A stretch of DNA of 63,012 nucleotides, counting the filler. It is 15 parts of 15 records of this genome, joined end to end, with 100 filler letters (N's around TTAATTAATTAA, not from the genome) between each part and the next. Parts side by side here need not be neighbours in the genome. Positions count along the whole stretch, not along the records: positions 50,804 to 54,943 come from SRR11831586_1802; positions 55,044 to 57,839 come from SRR11831586_1820; positions 57,940 to 60,428 come from SRR11831586_1829; positions 60,529 to 63,012 come from SRR11831586_1833; 11 more parts are not named here. The stretch is one strand, 5' to 3'. Below the pieces are notes generated by a model. That model had not been told where the DNA came from. It searched no databases and saw only the letters and a program-made list of their open reading frames with translations. The position numbers and the translations under genes were made by a program. Shown piece after piece: positions 50,804 to 61,850 of this stretch (position 1 is the stretch's first letter; each line of letters opens with the position of its first letter).

Positions 50804-52164
50804 TGGTTCTTTCTTAACTGCTGCCATTTTTCCGCCAGACTTTGCACGGTAATTTGCTGCCACAGACGTTTCGAAAGTTGATATGTCTCTTCCGGCGACA
50901 AGAACGGCGTATTATTTAATGAGCTGGATGCCAGGCGACTGGTCAGCATACGTAAATCACGTTCAGCTTGCTGATCAACCGCATTTTTCAGCCAGGTGAG
51001 GCGGGTAGATTTGACATCATCGAGTTCTTCAGCAGAAAAACCATGCTGATCAATGGTTGCCAACTCTGCCATTAATGCATTCGCAGCATCCTGCATATTA
51101 TCGTCTCGTGCATTTACACGGAAAAACAGCGACTGATAATCGGGTGCAATTTTAACGCTGCGCGCAGTGCCGCCAGAAATAGTCTTCAACTCGCCCGACT
51201 GTATGCGTTCCTGCAGACGTTGATTGAACAGCTGAACTAACATGCTCCATTCAGCTTGTTCGATAAAGCTTTGCTCATCGTTCACTTGTACCATTGGCAG
51301 GCGATAATAGAGTGCGATGCCGTTCACCCGGTTTTCTTTATCATTAATGATATTAAAGCGCAGGTGGTTTTCGGCTTTTGTCGGCCAGACGCGATTTTCA
51401 GCTGCTTTGTTAGCCGGAAGCTTACTTAAATTATCCTTTATCAGCGCCAGCGCTTCTTTACTGTCGATATCGCCGACCACGATAAAGGTCATATTATTTG
51501 GTTGATACCAGCGTTGATAAAATTGGCGCAATTGTGCCGGTGTGACCGTGGCGACAGTATCCATCAGGCCGATAGGTTCACGGTCTAAATTACGGGTATT
51601 TGCCAGCAGGAAAGGGCGGCGCGCCTGAGAGGTGCGCCATTTCGCATCCTGATGGGCACGCCATTCCTCAGTAATTACGCCACGTTCAGCGTCTACTTCG
51701 AGTTTTTCAAAGGTTGCGGCATTACTCCATTCACTGAAGATTGCCATCACTTGTTGCAGATTTTGTTTCTGCGTAGTCGGCAAACTCACCTGATACACCG
51801 TTTCGTCATAGCTGGTATAGGCATTAACATCGCGACCAAAACGCAGGCCCATTGACTCAAATGTTTCGATGACTTTATTACCCGGCCATGTTTTTGTGCC
51901 GTTAAACATCATATGTTCTACAAAATGAGCCACGCCGAGCTCATTGTCTTCTTCCTGCAATGAACCGGTATGAATTTGCAGCCATAAATTTACCTGATCC
52001 TTTGGATGAGCATGCGGATAAATCATATATCGCAAGCCATTGTCCAGTTGCCCGGTAATTAACTTTTCATCCTGCGGTAAGGCGGCGGCAATCAGCCGCC
52101 CGGGGAGCAACAGAGTTGCCACTAACGTCAGTAAGAAACAGAGGTTTCTCATAATTATCTCCAT
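50804..52164 (-). CDS. pqqL: M16 zinc metalloprotease PqqL, 3'-truncated
   Basis: HFVEH (HxxEH), NAYTS. Confidence 0.93.
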
Positions 52165-52208
52165 GCGAAAACCGGGCGAATTTACCCGGTTAAGTAAAAT
52201 CCGAACTA

Positions 52209-54581
52209 TTAAAATTTCATGCTGACATCAAGCCAGAAAGTACGGCCACTGGCGTAGGTCGCCACACCGGTGTTCGTTGTATCAACAGCGGTTTTGCTAT
52301 CCAGTACATTGAGAATATCGGCACTGATCGTCAGGTTTTGTTGTTGCAGAAATTGTGGCGTCCAGGACAAGCGGGTGTCCCAGGTCAGGCTGCTATCCAG
52401 TTTTTCGTCAACATACTGCTTGTAATCTGAATATTCGCTGATGTATTGCGCATTTGTCTTACCAAGGATAATGCGAGCTTTACGCGCTTCTTGCCAGGCC
52501 AGCGTATTCGCCCACACTAACCCGCTCGGTTGATGCGTGAAATCCATGTTTAAGGAGATCTTTAATGGGTTATTAAAATCTGCCACTGGAACGCTATCGT
52601 AAGAGACCAGATTACCGTTATAAACCACCTGGTTATCACCGGTATTGCTCTCCTCATAACCATTGTTTAACGACAAGTTGCCCTTGCTCTTGATATAGCT
52701 AAAGACAATTTGTGGGTTAATATCTACCTGGCGGATATGCAGGGGTTCGGCCAGTTCAAAACTGAGGCTGAACGAATGCGTTTTGGTTTTGCCATCGTTG
52801 TTATATTCAGTAATGGTGGTTTTAGTCGCGCTGTCGGTACGACTGCTTTTGCTGATTTGATCATGCGCTTCACGGTAAACATAGTTTGCACGCGCAATAA
52901 CGTTCTTACCGATTTTCTGCTGCAATCCCATTGCCAGTTCATCGTTATAAGGCGTTTTCAAATCCTGATAACGCGTCAGAGTTTTATTACCTGATACCGA
53001 TTCCGTCCAGCTATTGCGGATATCACGTAATCCCATATCAAGAATATTCCCGCCATAGTAACGGTTATAACCTGCTGTAATCATTGAGGTTTGATTAGCA
53101 AAAATATCCCATTCCGTCATAAAGCGCGGGGAGATATTGTGGTTTGACAGATAGTTGTCATAGTCATACCGCACGCCGGGCATTAATGACACATTACGCC
53201 AGCTAATGCGATCCGCCATATACAGCGTGTAGTTGTCAATTCCCAGGCGGCCTTTACCTTTATGGTAAATGGTATGGTTAGTTTTCTTTCCGGCAGCATT
53301 AATCACATAGGATTCAGACTGGTTATGGCGTTCAGTCCACGCATCGGAATAGATGTATTCCGCGCCGAAGTAGGGTTGATGCGAAACATTACCCACGGCG
53401 AATTTTTGCCAGTCCAGGCGTGTTTTGAAGGTGTAATTATCTACAGCCTGGGAAATGTGTCCTAATCCGCCACGGGTGCAACGCCCTGTAATATCACCAT
53501 ATGTACATGAAAGTTCGGTGTACCAGATGTCATGATCGTGACGGGTATAATCACTAATATGATCCCAACCAACGGTGGTACGCAGTTTGGCCCATGCGAG
53601 CTGCGTATCCATATCCCATGCCAGACCATAGGATTTATTACCCATTTCGCGATCAGACTGCGGGAAGGTGCTGGTATTATAATCACGGCTGGAGCCGGTA
53701 TATTTTAAGGTTAAATCGTGGGTAAAGCGGTCGCTGGCAAACCAGGTAAATTTGCTTAATGCAGTATCGATAACGTTTTTATACTGTGCCCGACCGGCGA
53801 CAATGCCGTCATTCGAAACATAATCCGCGCGGGTGATATCAGACTGGCGGCGCGATAAACCGGCGGTAACGCCGAAGTTATCAGCGAGTTCCTGATTAAA
53901 CGACAAGGTATAAAAGTTCTTTTTAAAATCTGGGGAGTAATAAGTACTTCCTGAAGAGCCTTGATTAAATGCGCTCTTGTTATTCTCATCGATATGCGAT
54001 GTTAACCAGTCCGAACGCGTAGTGCGATAACCCAATTTCACCTTGCTATCATCAGCGTTGAAGCGTTTGATCTTTGCATCAATTACCCCGCCATTGAAGC
54101 GACCAAATTCAACCGGCACAAAACTGTCATAAAGCGTCACATTGTCCAGTAAGCTGACATCAAGATAATACCCCTGTGACATCCCGCTAATATTGGTTGC
54201 ACTACTGGCATCGGACTCATTCGCTGGGTTCAGGTTATTAGTTGCACTAATACCGTCAATCAAATAGGCATTCTGGTAGGGCGACGCACCGTGAATAGAG
54301 ATTTTCTCAGGGCGAATATCTCCCTGGTTCAACGAGGTACTTTGCGTTGAATCCATGCGTACCGCAGGGTTGGTTCTCAGCAGATCGCTGATATTGCCAT
54401 TCCCGGTCGGTAAACGCTCGATGCTTTCACTGGTGTAATGCGTGTTGCCGTTTACGGGTACAGGGACAGGAGCATAGACCGTCATCTCTTCAAAAAAATG
54501 CATGTACATGTTTTTGTCATCGACGGCCTGCGCCACATCAGCGCCACATAAAATGACGCCAGGAATAAGAACTCGCTTCAT
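52209..54581 (-). CDS. yddB: TonB-dependent receptor YddB
   Basis: plug region (ISIHG..PYQN..LIDG, FGRFNGGVI), beta-barrel, terminal Phe; 790 aa. Confidence 0.9.
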   Translation of the reverse strand: MKRVLIPGVILCGADVAQAVDDKNMYMHFFEEMTVYAPVPVPVNGNTHYTSESIERLPTGNGNISDLLRTNPAVRMDSTQSTSLNQGDIRPEKISIHGASPYQNAYLIDGISATNNLNPANESDASSATNISGMSQGYYLDVSLLDNVTLYDSFVPVEFGRFNGGVIDAKIKRFNADDSKVKLGYRTTRSDWLTSHIDENNKSAFNQGSSGSTYYSPDFKKNFYTLSFNQELADNFGVTAGLSRRQSDITRADYVSNDGIVAGRAQYKNVIDTALSKFTWFASDRFTHDLTLKYTGSSRDYNTSTFPQSDREMGNKSYGLAWDMDTQLAWAKLRTTVGWDHISDYTRHDHDIWYTELSCTYGDITGRCTRGGLGHISQAVDNYTFKTRLDWQKFAVGNVSHQPYFGAEYIYSDAWTERHNQSESYVINAAGKKTNHTIYHKGKGRLGIDNYTLYMADRISWRNVSLMPGVRYDYDNYLSNHNISPRFMTEWDIFANQTSMITAGYNRYYGGNILDMGLRDIRNSWTESVSGNKTLTRYQDLKTPYNDELAMGLQQKIGKNVIARANYVYREAHDQISKSSRTDSATKTTITEYNNDGKTKTHSFSLSFELAEPLHIRQVDINPQIVFSYIKSKGNLSLNNGYEESNTGDNQVVYNGNLVSYDSVPVADFNNPLKISLNMDFTHQPSGLVWANTLAWQEARKARIILGKTNAQYISEYSDYKQYVDEKLDSSLTWDTRLSWTPQFLQQQNLTISADILNVLDSKTAVDTTNTGVATYASGRTFWLDVSMKF

Positions 54582-54618
54582 TTATTTATATCTCCGTACA
54601 GCAGGGCTTTTATTGTTT

Positions 54619-54943
54619 TTATAAAACCGCGCTAATGTCACAAATATCATCGGCCAGGTTCCAGACACCGGGTTGATGTGTAACCATAATGACGCCGCTT
54701 GTGGGTAGTTTTTCACGCACTAAACGCAGTAAGCGGATAGCCTCTTGTTCCTCAAGATGAGAGGTAGTTTCGTCAAGAAATATCCATTTCGGACGTCGTA
54801 AAATTAATCGTGCCAGGGCGATACGTTGTTTTTCGCCGCTGGAAAGAATATCTCCCCAGCGATCGTGGTCATGAATACGCGCAGCCAATTTCCCAAGACC
54901 AACCTGATGCAGTACTTCGCTCAACGATTTATCGTCTACGGGC
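54619..54943 (-). CDS. yddA: ABC transporter YddA, 3' part
   Basis: LSSGEKQR, FLDETTS, VTH. Confidence 0.88.
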
Positions 54944-55043
54944 NNNNNNNNNNNNNNNNNNNNNNNNNNNNNNNNNNNNNNNNNNNNTTAATTAATTAAN
55001 NNNNNNNNNNNNNNNNNNNNNNNNNNNNNNNNNNNNNNNNNNN
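54944..55043. other. artificial contig linker
   Basis: 44 N + TTAATTAATTAA + 44 N. Confidence 0.99.
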
Positions 55044-55207
55044 TTTCGGCAAAAAGTATTTTGCAGTACGACTGATTGATCCCACCAGCAATCTGCAACA
55101 GCAGCAACATCAAGGCAATGATAAATTAACAGATGAATATCATTTCCTTTCGTCAAGCTTTTTGAGGATTTTCCCCAGTAATGGCATATATATTTAAAAG
55201 GTTCCAT
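55044..55207 (-). CDS. cas3: type I-E Cas3 nuclease/helicase, N-terminal 54 codons only
   Basis: YWGK...HLLIYHCLDVAAVA HD-domain start; GGAGG RBS; downstream of cysH. Confidence 0.9.
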
Positions 55208-55283
55208 TAATAGCCTCCCTGTTTTTTTAGTATTATCGATGATATCAGCGGGCTATTTTTCGATGCTGCTCATAAATATCGAA

Positions 55284-55448
55284 TTACAGTGATATACACA
55301 TGTCTTGCCTCCCTGCAAAGAAGAGACTAACATTCGAATTGTTTGGGTTCGAACGCTGGCCTCAGGTTGATAGAAATATCGCCTGGGGCTTTTGTCCATC
55401 TGGAACCTCGCGAATGCTTAACGCCAGACAGCCTCAAGCACCCGACGC
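55284..55448 (-). pseudogene. hok-family mRNA leader whose toxin frame is reduced to MCISL*
   Basis: minus strand GGGTGCTTGAGGCT 5' element typical of hok mRNAs, GGAGG RBS, ATG at 55301, stop after 5 codons. Confidence 0.6.
55341..55393 (+). ncRNA. sokX: Sok-type antisense RNA (SokX); ends approximate
   Basis: GGCCTCAGG-TTGATAGAAATATCG-CCTGGGGCT-TTT hairpin antisense to the hok-like leader; cas3-cysH location. Confidence 0.7.
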
Positions 55449-55565
55449 CATTCTATACCTGATAATTCTTCCCGCGGCGTTCACGTTTAAAATCAGGAAT
55501 GCTGCTCGCAAAATAAAAACGCCCCCATCATTTCTGACAGAGGCGTTTAATTTGTCCGGCAATAT

Positions 55566-56300
55566 TTACCCTTCGTGTAACCCACATTCCCTTTTTAAGC
55601 CAAAGAAACGCGTTTCTTCTTCCGCCATGCCGGGTTCCCATTTACGGGTTGTATGGGTATCGCCCACCGATAAATATCCTTCATCCCATAATGGGTGATA
55701 TTTCAGGCCATGTTTTTGCAGGTACTGATAAATAGTTCGGTTATCCCAGTCGATAATCGGCAGCACTTTAAATACGCCACGCTGAATTGCCAGCACCGGT
55801 AAATTGGCACGACTGCCGGATTGTTCACGGCGCAGGCCAGCAAACCAGGTTTGCGCATTCAGTTCTTTCAGAGCCCGGTTCATCGGTTCGACTTTGTTGA
55901 TGTCATTGTACTTTTCAATGCCTTCAACGCCCTGCTCCCACAGTTTTCCGTAGCGTGCTTCCTGCCAGGCTGCGCTTTCGGTAGCACGGTACACTTTCAG
56001 GTTGAGCTTGAGTTTGTCCGTTAACTCGTCAATAAAGCGGTAGGTTTCCGGGAACAAGTAACCCGTATCGGTGAGGATCACCGGAATATCCGGGCGAATT
56101 TGATTCACCAGATGCAGGCTCACCGCCGCCTGAATGCCAAAGCTGGAAGAAAGTACATATTCACCGGGCAGATTATCCAGCGCCCAGGCTACGCGGCCTT
56201 CAGCGTCCAGTTTTTCCAGTTCGGCGTTAGTTTCCGCCAGCGCCAGAATGCGATCTACCTTCGGCAGTTCGTTCAGGGCGTTTAGATCGAGTTTGGACAT
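55566..56300 (-). CDS. cysH: PAPS reductase
   Basis: [14 protein letters not shown], terminal ECGLH. Confidence 0.97.
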   Translation of the reverse strand: MSKLDLNALNELPKVDRILALAETNAELEKLDAEGRVAWALDNLPGEYVLSSSFGIQAAVSLHLVNQIRPDIPVILTDTGYLFPETYRFIDELTDKLKLNLKVYRATESAAWQEARYGKLWEQGVEGIEKYNDINKVEPMNRALKELNAQTWFAGLRREQSGSRANLPVLAIQRGVFKVLPIIDWDNRTIYQYLQKHGLKYHPLWDEGYLSVGDTHTTRKWEPGMAEEETRFFGLKRECGLHEG

Positions 56301-56320
56301 AGATTCCTCACTGTTTGCCT

Positions 56321-56358
56321 TGCCTGATGCGACGCTCACGCGTTCTTATCAGGCCTAC
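56321..56358. repeat. REP element between cysI and cysH
   Basis: TGCCTGATGCGACGC...CTTATCAGGCCTAC. Confidence 0.85.
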
Positions 56359-56374
56359 AAGACCGGGCTGATGG

Positions 56375-57839
56375 TTAATCCCACAAATCACGCGCCGGAT
56401 CGAGCACCGGGCGAATGATGCCCGCACGCACCGTAAAGTCGCCGAAGCCTTCACCCGCTTCGCGCTCTTTCGCCCAGCGCCCTATCAGTTCATCAAGCGA
56501 CGCCAGGATTTCCGGCTCGGTGATGTTTTCTTTATACATCCGTGGGATACGTGTCCCAATGCGGTTGCCGCCAAGATGCAGGTTGTAGCGACCCGGCGCT
56601 TTACCCACCAGGCCCACTTCCGCCAGCATCGCGCGACCACAACCGTTCGGGCAGCCTGTTACACGCATCACGATATGCTCATCGCTGACACCATGTTTCG
56701 CCATTAAATTATCGATGTTGTCGATAAAAGACGGCAGGAAACGCTCTGCTTCCGCCATCGCCAGCGGGCAAGTCGGGAATGACACGCAAGCCATCGAGTT
56801 TTCACGCTGCGGCGTGACGGCATTCATTAACCCGCTCTCTTTGGCGATCTTCTCGATCTTCGCTTTCTCGCTTTCCGGTACACCGGCGATGATCAGATTC
56901 TGGTTCGCCGTAATGCGGAAATCGCCTTTGTGGATCTTCGCGATCTCCAGCAGGCCGGTTTTCAGCGGACGCGCCGGATAATCAAGGATGCGACCATTTT
57001 CGATAAACAGCGTCAGGTGCCAGTTATCATCAATGCCCTTAACCCAGCCAATACGATCGCCTCGTCCGGTGAACTCATATGGACGGATCGGTTCAAATTT
57101 GATCCCCGCGCGACGCTCCACTTCCGCTTTAAACGTCTCAACCCCCACGCGCTCCAGCGTGTATTTGGTTTTGGCATTTTTACGATCGGTTCGGTTACCC
57201 CAGTCACGCTGAGTTGTCACGACGGCTTCGGCCACCGCCAGCGTATGCTCCAGCGGCAGATAGCCAAACTCACTCGCGGTGCGGGCGTAGGTTTTCTTGT
57301 TGCCGTGTTCGATGGAAAGCCCACCGCCCACCAACAGGTTAAAGCCCACCAGCTTGCCGTTTTCGGCGATCGCCACGAAGTTCATGTCGTTGGCGTGCAG
57401 ATCGATATCGTTCTGTGGCGGGATCACTACCGTGGTTTTGAATTTACGCGGCAGGTAGGTCTGGCCGAGGATCGGTTCTTCATCAGTAGTGGCGACTTTT
57501 TCCTGGTCGAGCCAGATCTCCGCATACGCGCGGGTACGAGGCAACAGATGCTCAGAAATCTTCTTCGCCCACTCGTACGCTTCCGCGTGCAGCTGCGACT
57601 CGTAAGGGTTCGAGGTGCAGAGTACGTTACGGTTCATGTCGTTAGCTGTCGCCAGCGCATCAAGACCGACCGAGTGCAGCATCTGGTGCACCGGTTTGAC
57701 GTTCTTTTTCAGAATGCCGTGGAACTGAAACGTCTGGCGGTTGGTCAGGCGAATGCTGCCATAGATGGTGTTTTCACCGGCAAATTTGTCGATCGCCTGC
57801 CACTGTTTAGTGGTAATCACCCCACCCGGCAGACGACAG
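56375..57839 (-). CDS. cysI: sulfite reductase hemoprotein subunit, 5'-truncated
   Basis: [15 protein letters not shown] and TGCPNGC siroheme/4Fe-4S motifs. Confidence 0.96.
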
Positions 57840-57939
57840 NNNNNNNNNNNNNNNNNNNNNNNNNNNNNNNNNNNNNNNNNNNNTTAATTAATTAANNNNN
57901 NNNNNNNNNNNNNNNNNNNNNNNNNNNNNNNNNNNNNNN
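57840..57939. other. artificial contig linker
   Basis: 44 N + TTAATTAATTAA + 44 N. Confidence 0.99.
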
Positions 57940-58131
57940 GACTCTGAAAAACTTGACGATACCTATTGCGCTGGTTGTCATGCCCCTATTGCCGCCGACC
58001 ATTACACCGTCAATGCGTGGCCGTCCATTGCCAAAGGAATGGGGGCACGAACCAGCATGAGCGAAAACGAACTGGACATTTTAACGCGGTATTTCCAGTA
58101 CAACGCCAAAGATATTACCGAGAAACAGTGA
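57940..58131 (+). CDS. torY: c-type cytochrome TorY, C-terminal part (not in ORF track)
   Basis: [14 protein letters not shown] (CxxCH)...[13 protein letters not shown]. Confidence 0.85.
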   Translation, partial: DSEKLDDTYCAGCHAPIAADHYTVNAWPSIAKGMGARTSMSENELDILTRYFQYNAKDITEKQ

Positions 58132-58155
58132 TCCTCGTTGATCAGGGAGGAAGTT

Positions 58156-60428
58156 ATGACATTAACAAGACGTGAATTTATTAAACACAGCGGTATTGCC
58201 GCTGGAGCGCTGGTGGTGACATCGGCAGCACCGCTCCCCGCATGGGCAGAAGAGAAGGGCGGTAAAATCCTCACCGCGGGACGTTGGGGAGCGATGAACG
58301 TAGAAGTGAAGGACGGCAAGATTGTTTCTTCAACAGGCGCGCTGGCGAAAACCATACCGAATTCCTTACAGTCTACGGCGGCGGATCAGGTACACACCAC
58401 GGCGCGTATTCAGCATCCGATGGTGAGAAAAAGCTATCTCGATAATCCACTGCAACCGGCGAAAGGTCGTGGCGAAGATACCTATGTACAGGTGAGCTGG
58501 GAACAGGCATTAAAACTGATTCATGAGCAACATGATCGTATTCGTAAAGCTAACGGACCATCGGCCATTTTTGCCGGATCTTACGGCTGGCGCTCTTCTG
58601 GCGTGTTGCATAAAGCGCAAACCTTACTGCAACGTTATATGAACCTGGCGGGCGGTTATTCCGGGCATAGCGGCGATTATTCAACCGGGGCAGCACAGGT
58701 GATCATGCCGCATGTGGTCGGTTCTGTAGAGGTGTATGAACAGCAGACCTCCTGGCCGCTGATTCTGGAAAACAGCCAGGTTGTGGTGCTGTGGGGAATG
58801 AACCCGCTGAATACCTTAAAAATTGCCTGGAGCAGTACCGATGAGCAAGGGCTGGAATACTTCCATCAGCTGAAAAAATCTGGCAAACCAGTGATTGCCA
58901 TTGATCCTATCCGCTCCGAAACCATCGAATTCTTTGACGATAATGCCACCTGGATCGCGCCGAATATGGGCACCGACGTGGCACTGATGTTAGGGATTGC
59001 GCATACCCTGATGACACAAGGCAAACACGATAAAGTGTTCCTTGAAAAATACACTACCGGGTATCCGCAGTTTGAAGAGTATCTGACAGGTAAGAGCGAT
59101 AATACGCCGAAGAGCGCGGTCTGGGCGGCGGAAATTACTGGCGTACCGGAAGCGCAGATAGTCAAACTCGCTGAACTGATGGCGGCGAATCGCACAATGC
59201 TGATGGCAGGCTGGGGAATTCAGCGCCAGCAATATGGTGAACAGAAACACTGGATGCTGGTGACGCTGGCGGCGATGTTAGGGCAGATTGGTACACCGGG
59301 CGGCGGTTTTGGTTTCTCTTATCATTACTCCAACGGTGGCAACCCGACGCGTGTTGGCGGCGTGCTGCCGGAAATGTCTGCGGCGATTGCCGGACATGCC
59401 AGCGAGGCCGCTGATGATGGCGGAATGACGGCGATTCCTGTTGCCCGTATCGTCGATGCGCTGGAAAATCCTGGCGGCAAATATCAGCATAACGGTAAAG
59501 AACAAACGTATCCGAATATCAAAATGATCTGGTGGGCGGGTGGCGGTAACTTTACCCATCACCAGGATACTAATCGTCTGATTAAAGCATGGCAGAAACC
59601 GGAGATGATCGTCGTTTCTGAATGCTACTGGACCGCAGCAGCCAAACACGCAGATATCGTATTACCGATCACCACATCGTTTGAGCGCAATGACTTGACG
59701 ATGACCGGTGATTACAGCAACCAGCATATTGTGCCGATGAAGCAGGCTGTTGCTCCGCAATTTGAAGCGCGTAACGATTTTGACGTGTTTGCCGATCTTG
59801 CGGAATTACTCAAACCTGGCGGAAAAGAGATCTATACCGAAGGTAAAGATGAAATGGCGTGGCTGAAATTTTTCTATGATGCCGCTCAGAAAGGTGCCCG
59901 TGCGCAACGCGTCACTATGCCAATGTTTAATGCCTTCTGGCAGCAAAATAAACTGATCGAAATGCGCCACAGCGAGAAGAACGAACAGTACGTTCGTTAT
60001 GGTGATTTCCGCGCCGATCCGGTGAAAAATGCGCTGGGTACGCCAAGCGGCAAAATTGAAATCTATTCAAAAACGTTGGAAAAATTTGGCTATAAGGATT
60101 GCCCGGCACACCCAACCTGGCTGGCTCCTGATGAATGGAAAGGTACCGCCGATGAGAAGCAGTTACAGCTTCTGACCGCACATCCGGCACACCGTTTACA
60201 CAGTCAGCTTAACTATGCGGAACTGCGTAAAAAATATGCGATCGCCGATCGTGAACCAATCACTATTCACACCGAAGATGCTGCACGCTTTGGTATTGCG
60301 AATGGCGATCTGGTGCGTGTCTGGAACAAACGTGGTCAGATTTTGACAGGCGCGGTGGTGACTGACGGGATCAAAAAAGGCGTGGTATGCGTGCATGAAG
60401 GTGCATGGCCAGATCTGGAAAATGGCTT
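58156..60428 (+). CDS. torZ: molybdopterin N-/S-oxide reductase TorZ, 3'-truncated
   Basis: TRREFIK Tat motif, GSYGW, GDYSTGA, RLHSQL; downstream of torY. Confidence 0.93.
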
Positions 60429-60528
60429 NNNNNNNNNNNNNNNNNNNNNNNNNNNNNNNNNNNNNNNNNNNNTTAATTAATTAANNNNNNNNNNNNNNNN
60501 NNNNNNNNNNNNNNNNNNNNNNNNNNNN
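60429..60528. other. artificial contig linker
   Basis: 44 N + TTAATTAATTAA + 44 N. Confidence 0.99.
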
Positions 60529-60649
60529 ACATAGGGAGGGGTTGTGAGTTGTGTTGTGTGTGTGCGGGGTGTAGGGGAAATGAGAAAGTATAAACAGATG
60601 ATGTGCACATAGATTGGTTCACCCGGCACAGCGACTTATTTTTTGTGTT

Positions 60650-60655
60650 TTTATT
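60650..60655 (-). promoter_or_regulatory. candidate polyadenylation signal AATAAA
   Basis: 10 nt downstream of the eL6 stop codon. Confidence 0.5.
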
Positions 60656-60665
60656 TCAAGCCAGC

Positions 60666-61604
60666 TTAGAACTTGAGCTCATGGGGGTACTGTTGCTTGC
60701 TGAGCGAGAAGTGGGATGCGAGGTAGGGCTTGAGGAACTCGGTCTTCTTCACAATCGCAACCAGCTGCGAGTCGATCGACTTCTGGTCGGCCTTGCGCGA
60801 CGCCTCAATCTCGTTCTTCTGCAGACAAACACCATGTCAACAACCACACACCACACATACAAACACAGAGACCCAATAATCACTTGCACACGAAAACTGC
60901 CAGCACAAGCACGCACCTTCTTGCCCTCACCCTCGAAGAAAGCCTCCTCAGACTTCTTTCCGGCAGCCTTCTTGGCCTTGGCAAAGTAGGCATCGTTGAT
61001 GTTGTCGCCGACCTTGACACCGGAGATGTCAATCTTGGTGCTGGTGGCAATAACGTAGGCCTGGTTGACGCGGCGCAGAGGAACACCGTTGATCACATAG
61101 GGACCTGAAAGCGTGCAAATCAGAAAGACAGCCTCACATCTTGACATGTCCCGCGAAAAAATATTAACGGAACGACACAGAGCAAGAGCGTGCAAATGGG
61201 CGAAATTCCACAACCTGGGTGAACACAAAACACAACTACCGCAGAAAAATATACTTACCAGTGACCAACAGCAGACCAGAGGCGAGCTGCTTCAAGAAGA
61301 CAACGCGGGCACCCTTGTAGCGACCAGCCAACAGAATGAGGACTGTGCCGGGAGTGATGGAACCACGGAGCTTAGCGGGGGCAACAGCAACGGAGCGGCG
61401 AGAAGGCATAGGCCGGGCCTTGTCCTCGGTCGCATAGAATCGAGTGGACTTCTTGATGGTGGGCTTCGCAGCAATAGTCTTCTTTGTGACATTCTTGCGC
61501 GACTTCTTTGCCCAAACACCGCGCCGGGAGTTGGATTGAGTGCGCGAGAATTGATGCACACCCGAAGCGATAGTGGGGTTGCGAGAGGAATGCGGCTTCG
61601 CCAT
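60666..61604 (-). CDS. RPL6: eukaryotic 60S ribosomal protein eL6, three exons (61604-61259, 61104-60917, 60818-60666), 228 aa
   Basis: [55 protein letters not shown] and YL...FSL....YPH.LKF; introns GTAAGT..TTTCAG (154 nt) and GTGCGT..CTGCAG (98 nt) join in frame (346+188+153=687); ACCATGG Kozak context. Confidence 0.95.
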
Positions 61605-61850
61605 GGTCTCAGCACCGATACCCGTAAACGCAAAAGAGAAAGAACCTCGGCGGTGCGGATGCCTAAAGGCGCACTCAGTGGGCGGAATTGCACGCAGTTG
61701 CATTACCGGCTCAAGTCCGGTCAATTTCCGTGCGGAGAAAACGTAACCGGCATGCACTATCTAAATCCCGCGTTCTTGCTGCGGCGTGTGCCCACCTCCC
61801 ATTTGCGCTTGGTTTTCAAGAGGAGTTGAGCGAAGCTGGAGCATCATTCG
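61605..61850. promoter_or_regulatory. 246-bp divergent intergenic region (candidate bidirectional promoter)
   Basis: lies between the start codons of two head-to-head genes. Confidence 0.55.

Noticed and set aside
55044-55207. CRISPR array or novel Cas system near cas3
   Set aside because: Only the first 54 codons of cas3 are present; no repeat-spacer array is visible anywhere in the window, and the pqqL-ydd genes beyond the linker belong to another contig.
61105-61258. Intronic snoRNA in eL6 intron 1
   Set aside because: A CTGA is present near the 3' end (more likely the branch point), but I see no box C (RTGATGA) or convincing H/ACA structure; snoscan or Infernal would settle it.
60749-61757. 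Track ORFs 60749-61228 and 61236-61757 as separate genes
   Set aside because: They are eL6 exons 2 and 1 extended into intron and upstream sequence.
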